NCBI GenBank assembly: GCA_017452445.1
Contig: JAFTMH010000002.1
Span: 202,657 to 266,656 of the forward strand
Origin: Clostridia bacterium
Lineage (GTDB): Bacteria; Bacillota; Clostridia; Christensenellales; UBA1242
Direction: 5' to 3'
Length of the DNA: 64,000 nt
The notes under the pieces are model-generated. The model was not told where the DNA came from, did no database searches, and worked only from the letters and a program-made list of their open reading frames with translations. Made by a program: the position numbers and the translations under genes. Positions 1-9,100 of this stretch are shown here, one piece after another (within the stretch, counting starts at the first letter, position 1; each line of letters starts with the position of its first letter).

Positions 1-1
1 T

Positions 2-595
2 GAATCTTTTGGTTTTTATTTGACAATTGAAGGTGCCGACCTTTCAAATGTTTCAAACTTTACAAAAATCAAAACTTCAAACCTTGAAGTTGGCGGCGAA
101 AAGTTGGCTTCTTGGACGACAACCGGCGAATTTGGCGCAGCGCAAACAGGGACCGTGCCTGCAGACAAATATAAAAATGCTTATTATGTTGATGGCGAAT
201 ATTCTTATTATAGAAATGCAGATATAGCAACAGGAAATAAAGTTGTTGCAACATTCTACAAACCTTTCTATGGCGACAAACTTGAAGAAAAAACTGAACA
301 TATAGCTTGCAAAATTGGTCAAGAAGAAACTAAATATTTTGACATTTTGACAGAAACTTCGGAAGGCACAATTGTTTATCAAGCAGATGACAAAGCAATT
401 GTAAAATTTGTGATCGACAGCAATATGACAGCATATGCTTTGTTTGTGCCAAGTGAAGGGGCGTTGGAAATATCATTCTCAACAAATGAAATTGAATATT
501 TGTTTATTGAGTTTTTGGCAAAGCCAGCTATGGCAGAAGTTGAGATTTCAATCGAAATGAGAAATCAAAATGTTTCGGTGGTAGATCCTGAATAG
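2..595 (+). CDS. 3' part of a protein-coding gene that starts upstream of the window (hypothetical protein)
   Basis: The frame of the listed 20..595 ORF is already open from base 2, so the TTG at 20 is probably internal. Stop is TAG 593-595 and a hairpin terminator follows. No family recognised. Confidence 0.5.
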   Translation, partial: ESFGFYLTIEGADLSNVSNFTKIKTSNLEVGGEKLASWTTTGEFGAAQTGTVPADKYKNAYYVDGEYSYYRNADIATGNKVVATFYKPFYGDKLEEKTEHIACKIGQEETKYFDILTETSEGTIVYQADDKAIVKFVIDSNMTAYALFVPSEGALEISFSTNEIEYLFIEFLAKPAMAEVEISIEMRNQNVSVVDPE

Positions 596-604
596 GGCAA
601 ATCA

Positions 605-633
605 AAAAAACACACTTTCGAGTGTGTTTTTTT
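605..633. terminator. bidirectional rho-independent terminator between convergent genes
   Basis: A-run, stem CACACT (611-616) / AGTGTG (621-626) with loop TTCG, then a T-run at 627-633. It sits between the stops at 595 (+) and 632 (-). Confidence 0.7.
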
Positions 634-1015
634 ATAATGCCAAATCTTCATACATTTGCAAGTTGTAATATTGGGCGCACAATTTTATAAATTCGCCAGA
701 TGTTGGTTTGTCGTGTTTTGAATAAAGGTTTGTTTTGAAAATTTTGTTAATCAAAGCAAATCCGTTTGTGTTTGCTAGATGGTCAATTGCGTGGCGTATA
801 CTGCGTTCGATACAGTTTGAGTTTTCAATCTCAAAATATTTTGCCGTTTGCACATAAACATTGTTGCAAAGGTCGTATATCAAATTGGGGTTTTTTGTGA
901 CAAGGTCGGCAGCATAACAAATATATGCAAACCCGTTTAGACTGCATTTCATGCCAATTTTGATAAGAAATAGTTTGATGATATTGTGTGCTTCGCTTTG
1001 TTGATAGATGGTCAT
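632..1015 (-). CDS. stand-alone Spo0A C-terminal-like (Spo0A_C) DNA-binding protein
   Basis: It aligns by eye with the B. subtilis Spo0A effector domain: IGMKCSLNGFAYICYA ~ IGVPAHIKGYLYLREA; NCIERSIRHAIDHLA ~ SRVERAIRHAIEVAW; KPTSGEFIKL ~ KPTNSEFIAM. No receiver domain is present. I moved the start to ATG 1015 (MTIYQQ) because AGGAGG lies just upstream; the listed ORF start 1054 has no RBS. Confidence 0.6.
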   Translation of the reverse strand: MTIYQQSEAHNIIKLFLIKIGMKCSLNGFAYICYAADLVTKNPNLIYDLCNNVYVQTAKYFEIENSNCIERSIRHAIDHLANTNGFALINKIFKTNLYSKHDKPTSGEFIKLCAQYYNLQMYEDLAL

Positions 1016-1270
1016 AAATCCTCCTGTGTATAGAAGATTATAACACTTTTGCATAAGTTTTTCAAAATTTTACAAAAAGATTTTTAATATAATTTTGAAA
1101 TATTCTTTACAAAATTTAAAAATTTGCGTTTTGCGAATAGATTTGTTTTTGATCGAGGGTGCACATAAGTTATAAAGTTATAACAAGAGTGTTGGCATAT
1201 CTTGCCTAAAAGGTTGTCAAGTTTTTTTTGATAAAAACATAAAAAATATTTTTTAAACAAAATTGCAAAA

Positions 1271-1286
1271 ACACAATATCTAGTGA
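1271..1286 (+). promoter_or_regulatory. NrdR box 1
   Basis: ACACAATATCTAGTGA matches the published NrdR-box consensus acaCwAtATaTwGtgt at 14/16 positions. It lies upstream of nrdD. Confidence 0.65.
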
Positions 1287-1293
1287 AATAAAG

Positions 1294-1323
1294 TTGACCA
1301 ATCCACAATATCTATTGTATAAT
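1294..1323 (+). promoter_or_regulatory. sigma-A type promoter of nrdD-nrdG-dut
   Basis: TTGACC (1294-1299), 18-nt spacer, TATAAT (1318-1323). It is 35 nt upstream of the nrdD ATG and overlaps NrdR box 2. Confidence 0.6.
1303..1318 (+). promoter_or_regulatory. NrdR box 2
   Basis: CCACAATATCTATTGT matches the NrdR consensus at 13/16 positions. Start-to-start distance to box 1 is 32 bp, the typical tandem spacing of about 3 helical turns. Confidence 0.6.
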
Positions 1324-1357
1324 GGGTTTGTAATACTAATTATTGGGGAGGCATAAA

Positions 1358-3481
1358 ATGCAAGTAATCAAAAGAAATGGTTCGATTGTAGAATACGATC
1401 CAGCAAAAATCAAAATTGCCATCGAAAAGGCAAACAAAGAGGTTTTGGAAAAGGACAAGGCGACCAAAGAAGAAATTAAAGGGATTCTTGAATATATCGA
1501 AAATCTTAAAAAGAAAAGATTGCTGGTTGAAGATATTCAAGACATCATCGAAGAAAAGTTGATGGAATACGGTCACTATGATCTTGCGAAGAAATACATA
1601 ATTTATAGATATAATCGTGCTCTCATCAGAAAGTCAAACACAACAGACGAAACAATTTTGACTCTTGTTAAAAACGCAAACAAAGATGTTATGGAAGAAA
1701 ACTCAAACAAAAATGCTCTTGCTGCAAGCACTCAAAGAGACTTGATCGCAGGGGAAGTTTCTAGAGATTTGACAAGAAGATTGTTGCTTCCAGAAGAAGT
1801 TTCAAAAGCGCACGACGAAGGTATTTTGCACTTCCACGATGCAGATTATTTTGTTCAACCAATTTTCAACTGCTGTTTGATTGATATTGGAAACATGCTT
1901 GACAACGGCACAGTTATGAACGGAAAGTTGGTGGAATCGCCAAAAAGCTTCCAAGTAGCCTGCACAGTCACAACTCAAATTATTGCAGCTGTTGCAAGTT
2001 CGCAATATGGTGGCCAATCGGTTGACATCAGACACTTGGGCAAATATTTGAGAAGAAGCAAAGAAAAATTTGAAAAGAAACTCCGTGCTGTTGATCCAGA
2101 TATGGACGAAGCATCATTTAAAAAATATATTGATATGAGAGTGCAAGACGAATTGGCGTCAGGTATTCAAACAATTCAATATCAAATCAATACACTTATG
2201 ACAACAAACGGACAATCTCCATTTGTTACACTCTTCTTGTATTTGGATAAAAACGATCCATACTTGGAAGAAAACGCGATGATTATCGAAGAAATCTTCC
2301 GTCAAAGAATTCAAGGTATCAAAAATGAAAAAGGTGTTTATGTTACACCAGCGTTCCCAAAACTCGTTTATGTTTTGGACGACATCAACTGTCTTGAAGG
2401 TGGAAAATATGATTATGTAACAAAACTTGCATGTCAATGTTCTGCAAAGAGATTGTATCCTGACTATATTTCAGCAAAGAAAATGCGTGAAAATTATGAA
2501 GGAAATGTGTTTAGCCCTATGGGTTGCAGAAGTTTCTTGTCTCCTTGGAAAGATGAAAACGGAAATTATAAGTTTGAAGGCCGTTTCAACCAAGGCGTTG
2601 TAAGTATCAATCTTCCACAAATTGGTATCATCGCTGACGGCGACGAAGAAAAATTCTGGAAATTGCTTGATGAAAGACTTGAAATTTGCTTTAGAGCATT
2701 GATGGTTAGACATGAAGCACTTAAAGGAACAAAATCAGATGTTTCACCAATTCATTGGCAATATGGTGCGATTGCAAGATTTGAAAAAGGTCAAACAATT
2801 GACAACTTGCTTTATGGTGGCTATTCTTCAATTTCTTTGGGATATATTGGTTTGTATGAAGTTACAAAAGCAATGAAAGGTGTGTCACATACTGATCCTG
2901 TTGGCGAAGAATTTGCTATGAGAGTTATGAAACACTTGAGAGCAACAACAGACAGATGGAAAAAAGAAACAAATATTGGTTTTGCGTTGTATGGAACCCC
3001 TGCAGAATCATTGTGTTATAGATTTGCTCGCATTGACAAAGCTCGCTTTGGAACAATCGAAGACATTACAGACAAAGGTTATTACACAAACTCATACCAT
3101 GTTGATGTAAGAGAAAATATTGATGCGTTTGAAAAATTTAAATTTGAAGCGCAATTCCAACCAATTTCATCAGGTGGCTGCATTTCTTATGTAGAAATCC
3201 CAAATCTTACAAACAATGTTCAAGCGATTGAAGAAGTTGTTAAGTTTATTTACAACAACATTCAATATGCCGAATTTAACACAAAGAGCGACTATTGCCA
3301 TTGTTGTGGATATGATGGAGAAATTATCATCAACGAAAACAACGAATGGGAATGTCCACAATGTCACAACAAAGATCAAAAGAAGATGAATGTTACAAGA
3401 AGAACTTGTGGTTATCTTGGAGAAAACTTCTGGAATGTTGGAAAAACAAAAGAAATTAAGTCAAGAGTATTGCACTTGTAA
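1358..3481 (+). CDS. nrdD: anaerobic ribonucleoside-triphosphate reductase (class III RNR)
   Basis: N-terminal ATP-cone (MQVIKRNGSIVEYDPAKIKIAIEKA), C-terminal Zn site CHCCG...CPQCH and the glycyl-radical motif RRTCGYLG. Start placed at ATG 1358 after GGGGAGG; the listed ORF begins at 1343. Confidence 0.95.
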   Translation: MQVIKRNGSIVEYDPAKIKIAIEKANKEVLEKDKATKEEIKGILEYIENLKKKRLLVEDIQDIIEEKLMEYGHYDLAKKYIIYRYNRALIRKSNTTDETILTLVKNANKDVMEENSNKNALAASTQRDLIAGEVSRDLTRRLLLPEEVSKAHDEGILHFHDADYFVQPIFNCCLIDIGNMLDNGTVMNGKLVESPKSFQVACTVTTQIIAAVASSQYGGQSVDIRHLGKYLRRSKEKFEKKLRAVDPDMDEASFKKYIDMRVQDELASGIQTIQYQINTLMTTNGQSPFVTLFLYLDKNDPYLEENAMIIEEIFRQRIQGIKNEKGVYVTPAFPKLVYVLDDINCLEGGKYDYVTKLACQCSAKRLYPDYISAKKMRENYEGNVFSPMGCRSFLSPWKDENGNYKFEGRFNQGVVSINLPQIGIIADGDEEKFWKLLDERLEICFRALMVRHEALKGTKSDVSPIHWQYGAIARFEKGQTIDNLLYGGYSSISLGYIGLYEVTKAMKGVSHTDPVGEEFAMRVMKHLRATTDRWKKETNIGFALYGTPAESLCYRFARIDKARFGTIEDITDKGYYTNSYHVDVRENIDAFEKFKFEAQFQPISSGGCISYVEIPNLTNNVQAIEEVVKFIYNNIQYAEFNTKSDYCHCCGYDGEIIINENNEWECPQCHNKDQKKMNVTRRTCGYLGENFWNVGKTKEIKSRVLHL

Positions 3482-3553
3482 TTAAACATAAAAACGCAAA
3501 AATGTGCCAAAAATCGCTAATTTTGACGCATTTTTTGCATGAAATAAAGGAAA

Positions 3554-4090
3554 ATGCTTATGAATTATGCAAACATTAAATTGCACGACACTGCAAATGG
3601 ACAAGGCGTTAGGGTTAGTTTGTTTGTAAGTGGGTGTACTCATCATTGCAAAGGCTGTTTCAATCCTGAAACTTGGGATTTTTGCTATGGCTGTAAATAT
3701 ACCCAAGAAATTGAAGATAAATTGATTGAAGCGTGCAACAAAGATTACATAAAAGGGTTGAGTCTTTTGGGTGGGGAACCATTTGAAAAGGCAAATCAAC
3801 CAGATTTGGCTAAATTGCTGAAAAGATTTAAGAAAGAATATCCAAACAAAGATGTTTGGTGTTATTCTGGTTATACTTTTGATGTAGATATGGTGCCGGG
3901 AGGCAAAGTTTGGACCGAACATACAAGAGATATGTTGGACAGAATTGACTTTTTGGTTGATGGAGAGTTTGTTGAAGCGCTCAAAAATCTAAGATTGAAA
4001 TTTAGAGGGTCGGAAAATCAAAGAATTATTGATGTTCAAAGGTCTTTAAGAGAAGGAAAAGTCTATTCTTTCCATGATGATGAAGTGTAA
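3554..4090 (+). CDS. nrdG: anaerobic RNR activating protein (radical SAM)
   Basis: The CxxxCxxC cluster motif GCTHHCKGCFNPETW is typical of NrdG, and the gene sits directly downstream of nrdD. The start could be ATG 3560 instead. Confidence 0.9.
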   Translation: MLMNYANIKLHDTANGQGVRVSLFVSGCTHHCKGCFNPETWDFCYGCKYTQEIEDKLIEACNKDYIKGLSLLGGEPFEKANQPDLAKLLKRFKKEYPNKDVWCYSGYTFDVDMVPGGKVWTEHTRDMLDRIDFLVDGEFVEALKNLRLKFRGSENQRIIDVQRSLREGKVYSFHDDEV

Positions 4091-4100
4091 AATGGAGGAA

Positions 4101-4550
4101 ATGATGAAAACAACGAAATTGAGAGTTAAAAAGTTGGACGAAAGAGCAATTATCCCAACTTATGGCAGTGCAAATGCAGCTGGAGCAGATCTTTATGCTG
4201 TTTTAGATGAAAATGTGACACTTTTGCCAGGTGAAACAAAATTGATTAAGACTGGTTTAGCATACGAAATTCCAGAAGGATATGTAGGGCTTTTGTTTGC
4301 AAGAAGTGGATTGTCAACAAAGCAAGGTTTAGCACCAGCAACAAAGGTTTCAGTTATTGATTCTGATTATAGAGGCGAACTCATGGTGCCATTGCACAAC
4401 CATTCACAAGTTGAAAGAACAATTGCGAGTGGTGATAGAATTGCTCAAATGGTGTTTACACCTTATATTATGGCAGATTTTGAAGTTGTTGATCAACTTG
4501 AAGATTCTGTAAGAGGTGAAGGTGGTTTTGGGTCTACGGGCAAAAAATAA
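4101..4550 (+). CDS. dut: dUTP diphosphatase
   Basis: dUTPase motifs AGADLYA, ARSGLS, IDSDYRGEL, GDRIAQMV and RGEGGFGSTG. GGAGGA lies at 4094-4099, so ATG 4101 or 4104 is the likely start; the listed 4074 start overlaps the nrdG end. Confidence 0.9.
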   Translation: MMKTTKLRVKKLDERAIIPTYGSANAAGADLYAVLDENVTLLPGETKLIKTGLAYEIPEGYVGLLFARSGLSTKQGLAPATKVSVIDSDYRGELMVPLHNHSQVERTIASGDRIAQMVFTPYIMADFEVVDQLEDSVRGEGGFGSTGKK

Positions 4551-4573
4551 AAAATGACAAAAAATCGAATAAA

Positions 4574-4608
4574 ATAGCATATTTAATTAATAAATATGCT
4601 ATTTTTTA
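4574..4608 (+). terminator. rho-independent terminator of nrdD-nrdG-dut
   Basis: Perfect 12-bp stem ATAGCATATTTA (4574-4585) / TAAATATGCTAT (4591-4602) with loop ATTAA, followed by TTTTT. Confidence 0.7.
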
Positions 4609-4880
4609 TTATTTTTTATTATTTTTTAATATTTTTTTAATATTTTTTAATTAAATACTGTTTTTATAATTAAAAAATAATTTAAAACGCCACAAGTGCC
4701 TATTTTAGGGCAGTATAAATTGTGAAAATAATAAATAAAAATGCCTAAAAATGCAAAAAAGGTCGATTTTTTGTTATTTTTTTATTAATTAAATATATTT
4801 TAAATATTTTTAAATAAAAAATAATTAAATAAATAAATTAAAATTGAAATTAAATTCAATTAATATAATAAAAAAACAAT

Positions 4881-5630
4881 TTATAAACATAAATCAAGAC
4901 ACATCATAGTCATAAAGCCTATCAAAAAACAGCAAGTGTCTAGCATTGAAAGTTTTGATTGGTGGGAATCTGGCAAAAGTTCATCAAAAATCACAAAAAG
5001 CATTGTTCCGGCAGAGAAAGCAAGTAGCCATGGCAGCAAAAGAGTGATGTGTGAAGTTAAGAAAAACCCTAAAACTGCAAAAATAGGTTCGACAATCCCG
5101 CTCAATGTGCCAAGCAAAAAAGATTTTGTTTTGCTTTTTGTGCAACTGTATATTGGAAGTGCTGTTGCAAGTCCCTCCGGAATGTTTTGCAAAGCTATTC
5201 CGACTGCTACGGCAATAGAAGAGAAAGAAAGGGTGTTGGTTGAAATGGCACTTCCGACAGCAAATCCAACAATAAGGCCTTCAGGAATGTTGTGAAGTGT
5301 GATTGCAGAAAACAAAGAAATGAGTTTGTTGTTTTTTGAATGTATTTTTGAGGTGATAAGGTTTGTTGCAATCATGAGCAAAATGCCGACTAATAGTCCA
5401 ACTATTATTGGGATGATGAAATGTTGGGTTTGGTTTTCTTTTGCGCTGTCTATTGCTGGCATCAACAAAGAAAAAATGCTTGCTGAAAGCATGATGCCAG
5501 AAGATAGGTTGAGTGTGATTGAGTTTAGTGTTGGAGAGAATGATTTGAATAGGTATATAAAGGCGCAGCCTAGAGTTGTTGCAAGAAAGGGTGCGACAAA
5601 TGCAATTGCCATTAGTAATTGTTGGCTCAT
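4881..5630 (-). CDS. ZIP family metal (zinc) transporter
   Basis: Multi-TM protein with two copies of the ZIP signature HNIPEGL / QNIPEGL. Start placed at ATG 5630 (MSQQLL), preceded by AGGAAG; the listed start 5741 lacks an RBS. Confidence 0.8.
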   Translation of the reverse strand: MSQQLLMAIAFVAPFLATTLGCAFIYLFKSFSPTLNSITLNLSSGIMLSASIFSLLMPAIDSAKENQTQHFIIPIIVGLLVGILLMIATNLITSKIHSKNNKLISLFSAITLHNIPEGLIVGFAVGSAISTNTLSFSSIAVAVGIALQNIPEGLATALPIYSCTKSKTKSFLLGTLSGIVEPIFAVLGFFLTSHITLLLPWLLAFSAGTMLFVIFDELLPDSHQSKLSMLDTCCFLIGFMTMMCLDLCL

Positions 5631-5939
5631 AGAAAACTTCCTAGTGGCAGTATATGGCAAAAAAGTTTTTTGTGTGAATGGTGTAAATAGGCTGAAAAAG
5701 ATGGCGTGAAAAATAATAAAAAATTGACAAAAAATCGGCAAAAATGCAAAAATAATGCAATTTTAATGCAAAAAATCGGTATTTTTGCTGTATTTTTTTA
5801 AACAAAATAAAAATGGTTGAAAATAGGCGTAAAAATGCAAAAAAATCGACATTTTTCAATGTTTTTAATGTCCCTAAATTACTGACAAAAATCCACTTTT
5901 GAAAACTCGAAATAAATTGTTGGTTTTAAGTGTTATAAA

Positions 5940-5968
5940 TTGACTTTTTTTGATAATTATAATATAAT
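5940..5968 (+). promoter_or_regulatory. candidate sigma-A promoter of the giant gene
   Basis: TTGACT (5940-5945), 17-nt spacer, TATAAT (5963-5968). It is about 150 nt upstream of ATG 6122. Confidence 0.55.
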
Positions 5969-6032
5969 ATACGCGTAAGATAAAACGCGAAAATATTTTA
6001 CAAAACGATTTACATAAAAATTGCAGATGACC

Positions 6033-6067
6033 GTTTCTCAAAAAGGAAGATTTGAGAAACCTTTTTG
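6033..6067 (+). promoter_or_regulatory. terminator-like hairpin inside the 5' leader of the giant gene
   Basis: 9-bp stem GTTTCTCAA (6033-6041) / TTGAGAAAC (6052-6060), 10-nt loop, then CTTTTTG (6061-6067). It lies between the candidate promoter and the RBS. Confidence 0.45.
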
Positions 6068-6121
6068 CGTATTGTAAATCTTTCGTGTTTTGAAAAATCC
6101 AATAAGCATAGGAGAGATGTT

Positions 6122-9100
6122 ATGGATAGAATGAAGCGCAGATTTATATTGGGAATTATGGCGAGCTTATGCTTGCTTGTTTCTGTGTTTGGTTTGGGAA
6201 TAGGATTGGCAAATGTGTCGGTCGGTGTTTCTTCGTCAATTTCACAGGAAGTTGAAAATGAAGATAATGCGATTGAAACGGGATCGGAGGAGATTGTTGA
6301 AGATTTGCCAATAGGTGCTAATGCTACAAAAGCTACATATACTTCTGCTGTGGGTAATGTTTCTGGATCCGTCACATATGATATGTGCAAATTTACATGT
6401 TCATCTGGCCCAATTGTTACATTGACTTCCGGAGTTGTTGTGTTTAAGAATTGCGAATTCTGGCTTGGGGGAAATATAACAATTGTTTCGCCTTCTTCTG
6501 GAACAAAAGTTTACTTCTACAATTGTATTTTCTATAGCACTTCGTCAACAACAGATCGCTCAATAGCTTTGTCTACATCAACTTCTACTGCTATTGTTCA
6601 AGACTGCTTGGGTGTTGGTGTAAGTTTTTCGGGTGTAAATGCTGCTCAAAGTAAATGCTATTATTCAAATAGCTGGAATGACGGTATGGCCATCGTTAAA
6701 GATGCTTCCAAATTTTTGACTTCAGGGGACGGACTTTGGACTGGAGCTTGGGATCTTGATGCAGCTTGGGCATATCGTGGATATAAAACAATGTCTAGTG
6801 GTACAGACACAGGTGTGGTTGTTGCTGAATTGGTTTTGATTCATTCAATCAACTCAACGGCGACAAAGTTGTTGAACCTTTATTCAAAAAACCCATACAA
6901 CGGCCAGGTATATCACATTATTTATGATGCATCTACCGCAGGCTCGATTTCAAAAACATCTATCGGATTTTCGTGGCCAGGTTACACCTTGTCAGGTTGG
7001 GCTTATGACTACAACGGAACTGGTTATGGCGAAAGCATTGCCGTTTCTGGGCCAGGGGATTTTTATGCTGTATGGAAAGCGAACGATATTACGGTAACTC
7101 TTAGTCCGGGATCTACATATTCGTCTGCTGGAACGGGATATATCTATTACACATTTGGAACTGCAACCTACTACAGCAATTCAACCCACACATCAACCAT
7201 TTCGACAATCACTTGTCCAACAAGAACTGGTTATACATTTAAAGGGTATTACACTGCATCTGGTGGTTCTGGAACAAAGTATATCGCCAACAATGGAGCA
7301 ATTGATAGTGGGCTTTCTGGTGATAATAGATTGGCGAGAAAGCAAACTGCAAATTTGACATTGCATGCATATTGGACTGCAAACTCATATACAGTTACGG
7401 CAAATGCTAACAGTGGAACTATTTCTTCTACATCAGGTTGGTCTGGAACTGGAAATACTGCAACAAAAAGCATTGCTTATGATTCTACCTATGCATCTTT
7501 CCCAAATGTGGCAAGAACTGGTTATACGCTTAAGGGCTGGTATACTGCATCAAGTGGTGGAACAAAAATAGAAACTTCAACAAAGATGACCACTACTAGT
7601 GCGCACACAATTTATGCACAATGGACAATAAATAATTATACATTGACTGCGATAAGTGAGTTGGGTGGATCTAAATTGACACCAAAAACAGGTTGGACTT
7701 CAAATGGTGATCAACAATGTTCTAAGGCTGTTGCATATGGCACACAATATTTCAACGATTTGCCTACAGCAACAAGAGCGGGATACACATTCAGAGAATG
7801 GACTTCTGATTCTGCTGGAAAAAATGCCGTTGTTACTACTGTAAAGATGGGGGCTGCAAATGCAACAGTTTATGCTCAATACACAGCTCACACATACAAG
7901 ATCAATCTTGTACAAAACAACTCTGCCTCTGATACGACATCGGTTTCGAATTTTAATGTAACTTACAATTCGGTCGTTTCAGTGCCTTCGGGGACAAAAA
8001 CGACAGCGACTAGAGTCGGATATGAGTTTCAAGGTTTCTATTCTGCAAGAAGTGGCGGGGTGTGGATAATTGGAAAAGATGGAAAATTTAAGGCTTCAGC
8101 ATCTGGATATACAGACGCAAATACTAAATGGATCAATGCTCAAACTACAAATGGTGCGACCATAAACCTTTATGCACAATGGACTGCTTATTCTTACACT
8201 ATTAGGTTTGACAAGAATGCTGGTTCTGGCACTATGGGCGATATGAGTGTCAAGTATGATCAGACAGTGACATTGTCTGCAAATGCGTTTACACGCACGG
8301 GATATTCATTTTTGGGATGGGCATTGACTTCTGGTGGAGAAAAAAAATACAACGATAAAGCGTCAGTTGTCAATTTAACATCTGTAAAAGATGCAACAGT
8401 GACACTTTATGCTTGCTGGACTGCTATTCAATATACTGTTACATTAAGTGCAAATGGCGGCAGTATAGCGCAAGGAGATGGTTGGATAGGCAGTGGAACT
8501 ACGGCGACAAAAAAAGTTTATTATGATTCGAATTATGGGACATTACCTGATAAGGCTCAAATGTTAAGAACGGGATATACTTTCAGCAGTTGGAGTACCG
8601 CAACAAGTGGCGGAAATGCAGTTACTGCAACAACACTAATGAAGGTTGCTGCAGATCACACTATTTATGCTTTGTGGACACCAAACAAAACGACCGTTAC
8701 GCTTTACAAAAATGATAAAGCTGTTTCAGGTGGTGGTGGCACCGTAACAACTCTTACATATACATATGATTCGACTTCAAGGTCGCCTTCAACTTTTACA
8801 AAACCAACAAAAACAGGACACACATTGACTGGTTATTACACTGCTGAGTCTGGTGGTACAAGGGTGCTTGATGCCGAAGGTGTTTTGCTTGCAAGTGTAA
8901 CAAACTTTTCAAATGCATCAAAGGCATGGCAAAGTACAAAATCAACCGTTTCTCTTTATGCACAATGGACACCAAACCCATATTCAGTAAAATTTAATGC
9001 AAACGGTGGATCTGGTGGTTCGACAGTTGCTTATGTGAAGTATGGTGTTGGTTGGTATAAAGAGCAAGCCTGCACAAATGCGTTTACTCTCTCAAAACCA

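Noticed and set aside
4936-5709. ORFs 4936..5295 and 5299..5709 on the + strand.
   Set aside because: They are antisense to the ZIP transporter gene, which has clear family motifs and an RBS. These ORFs have neither motifs nor an RBS.
4551-5860. CRISPR-like or tandem-repeat array in the AT-rich spacers.
   Set aside because: The repeated units are short A-tract motifs with irregular spacing. There are no unique spacers of uniform length and no cas genes.
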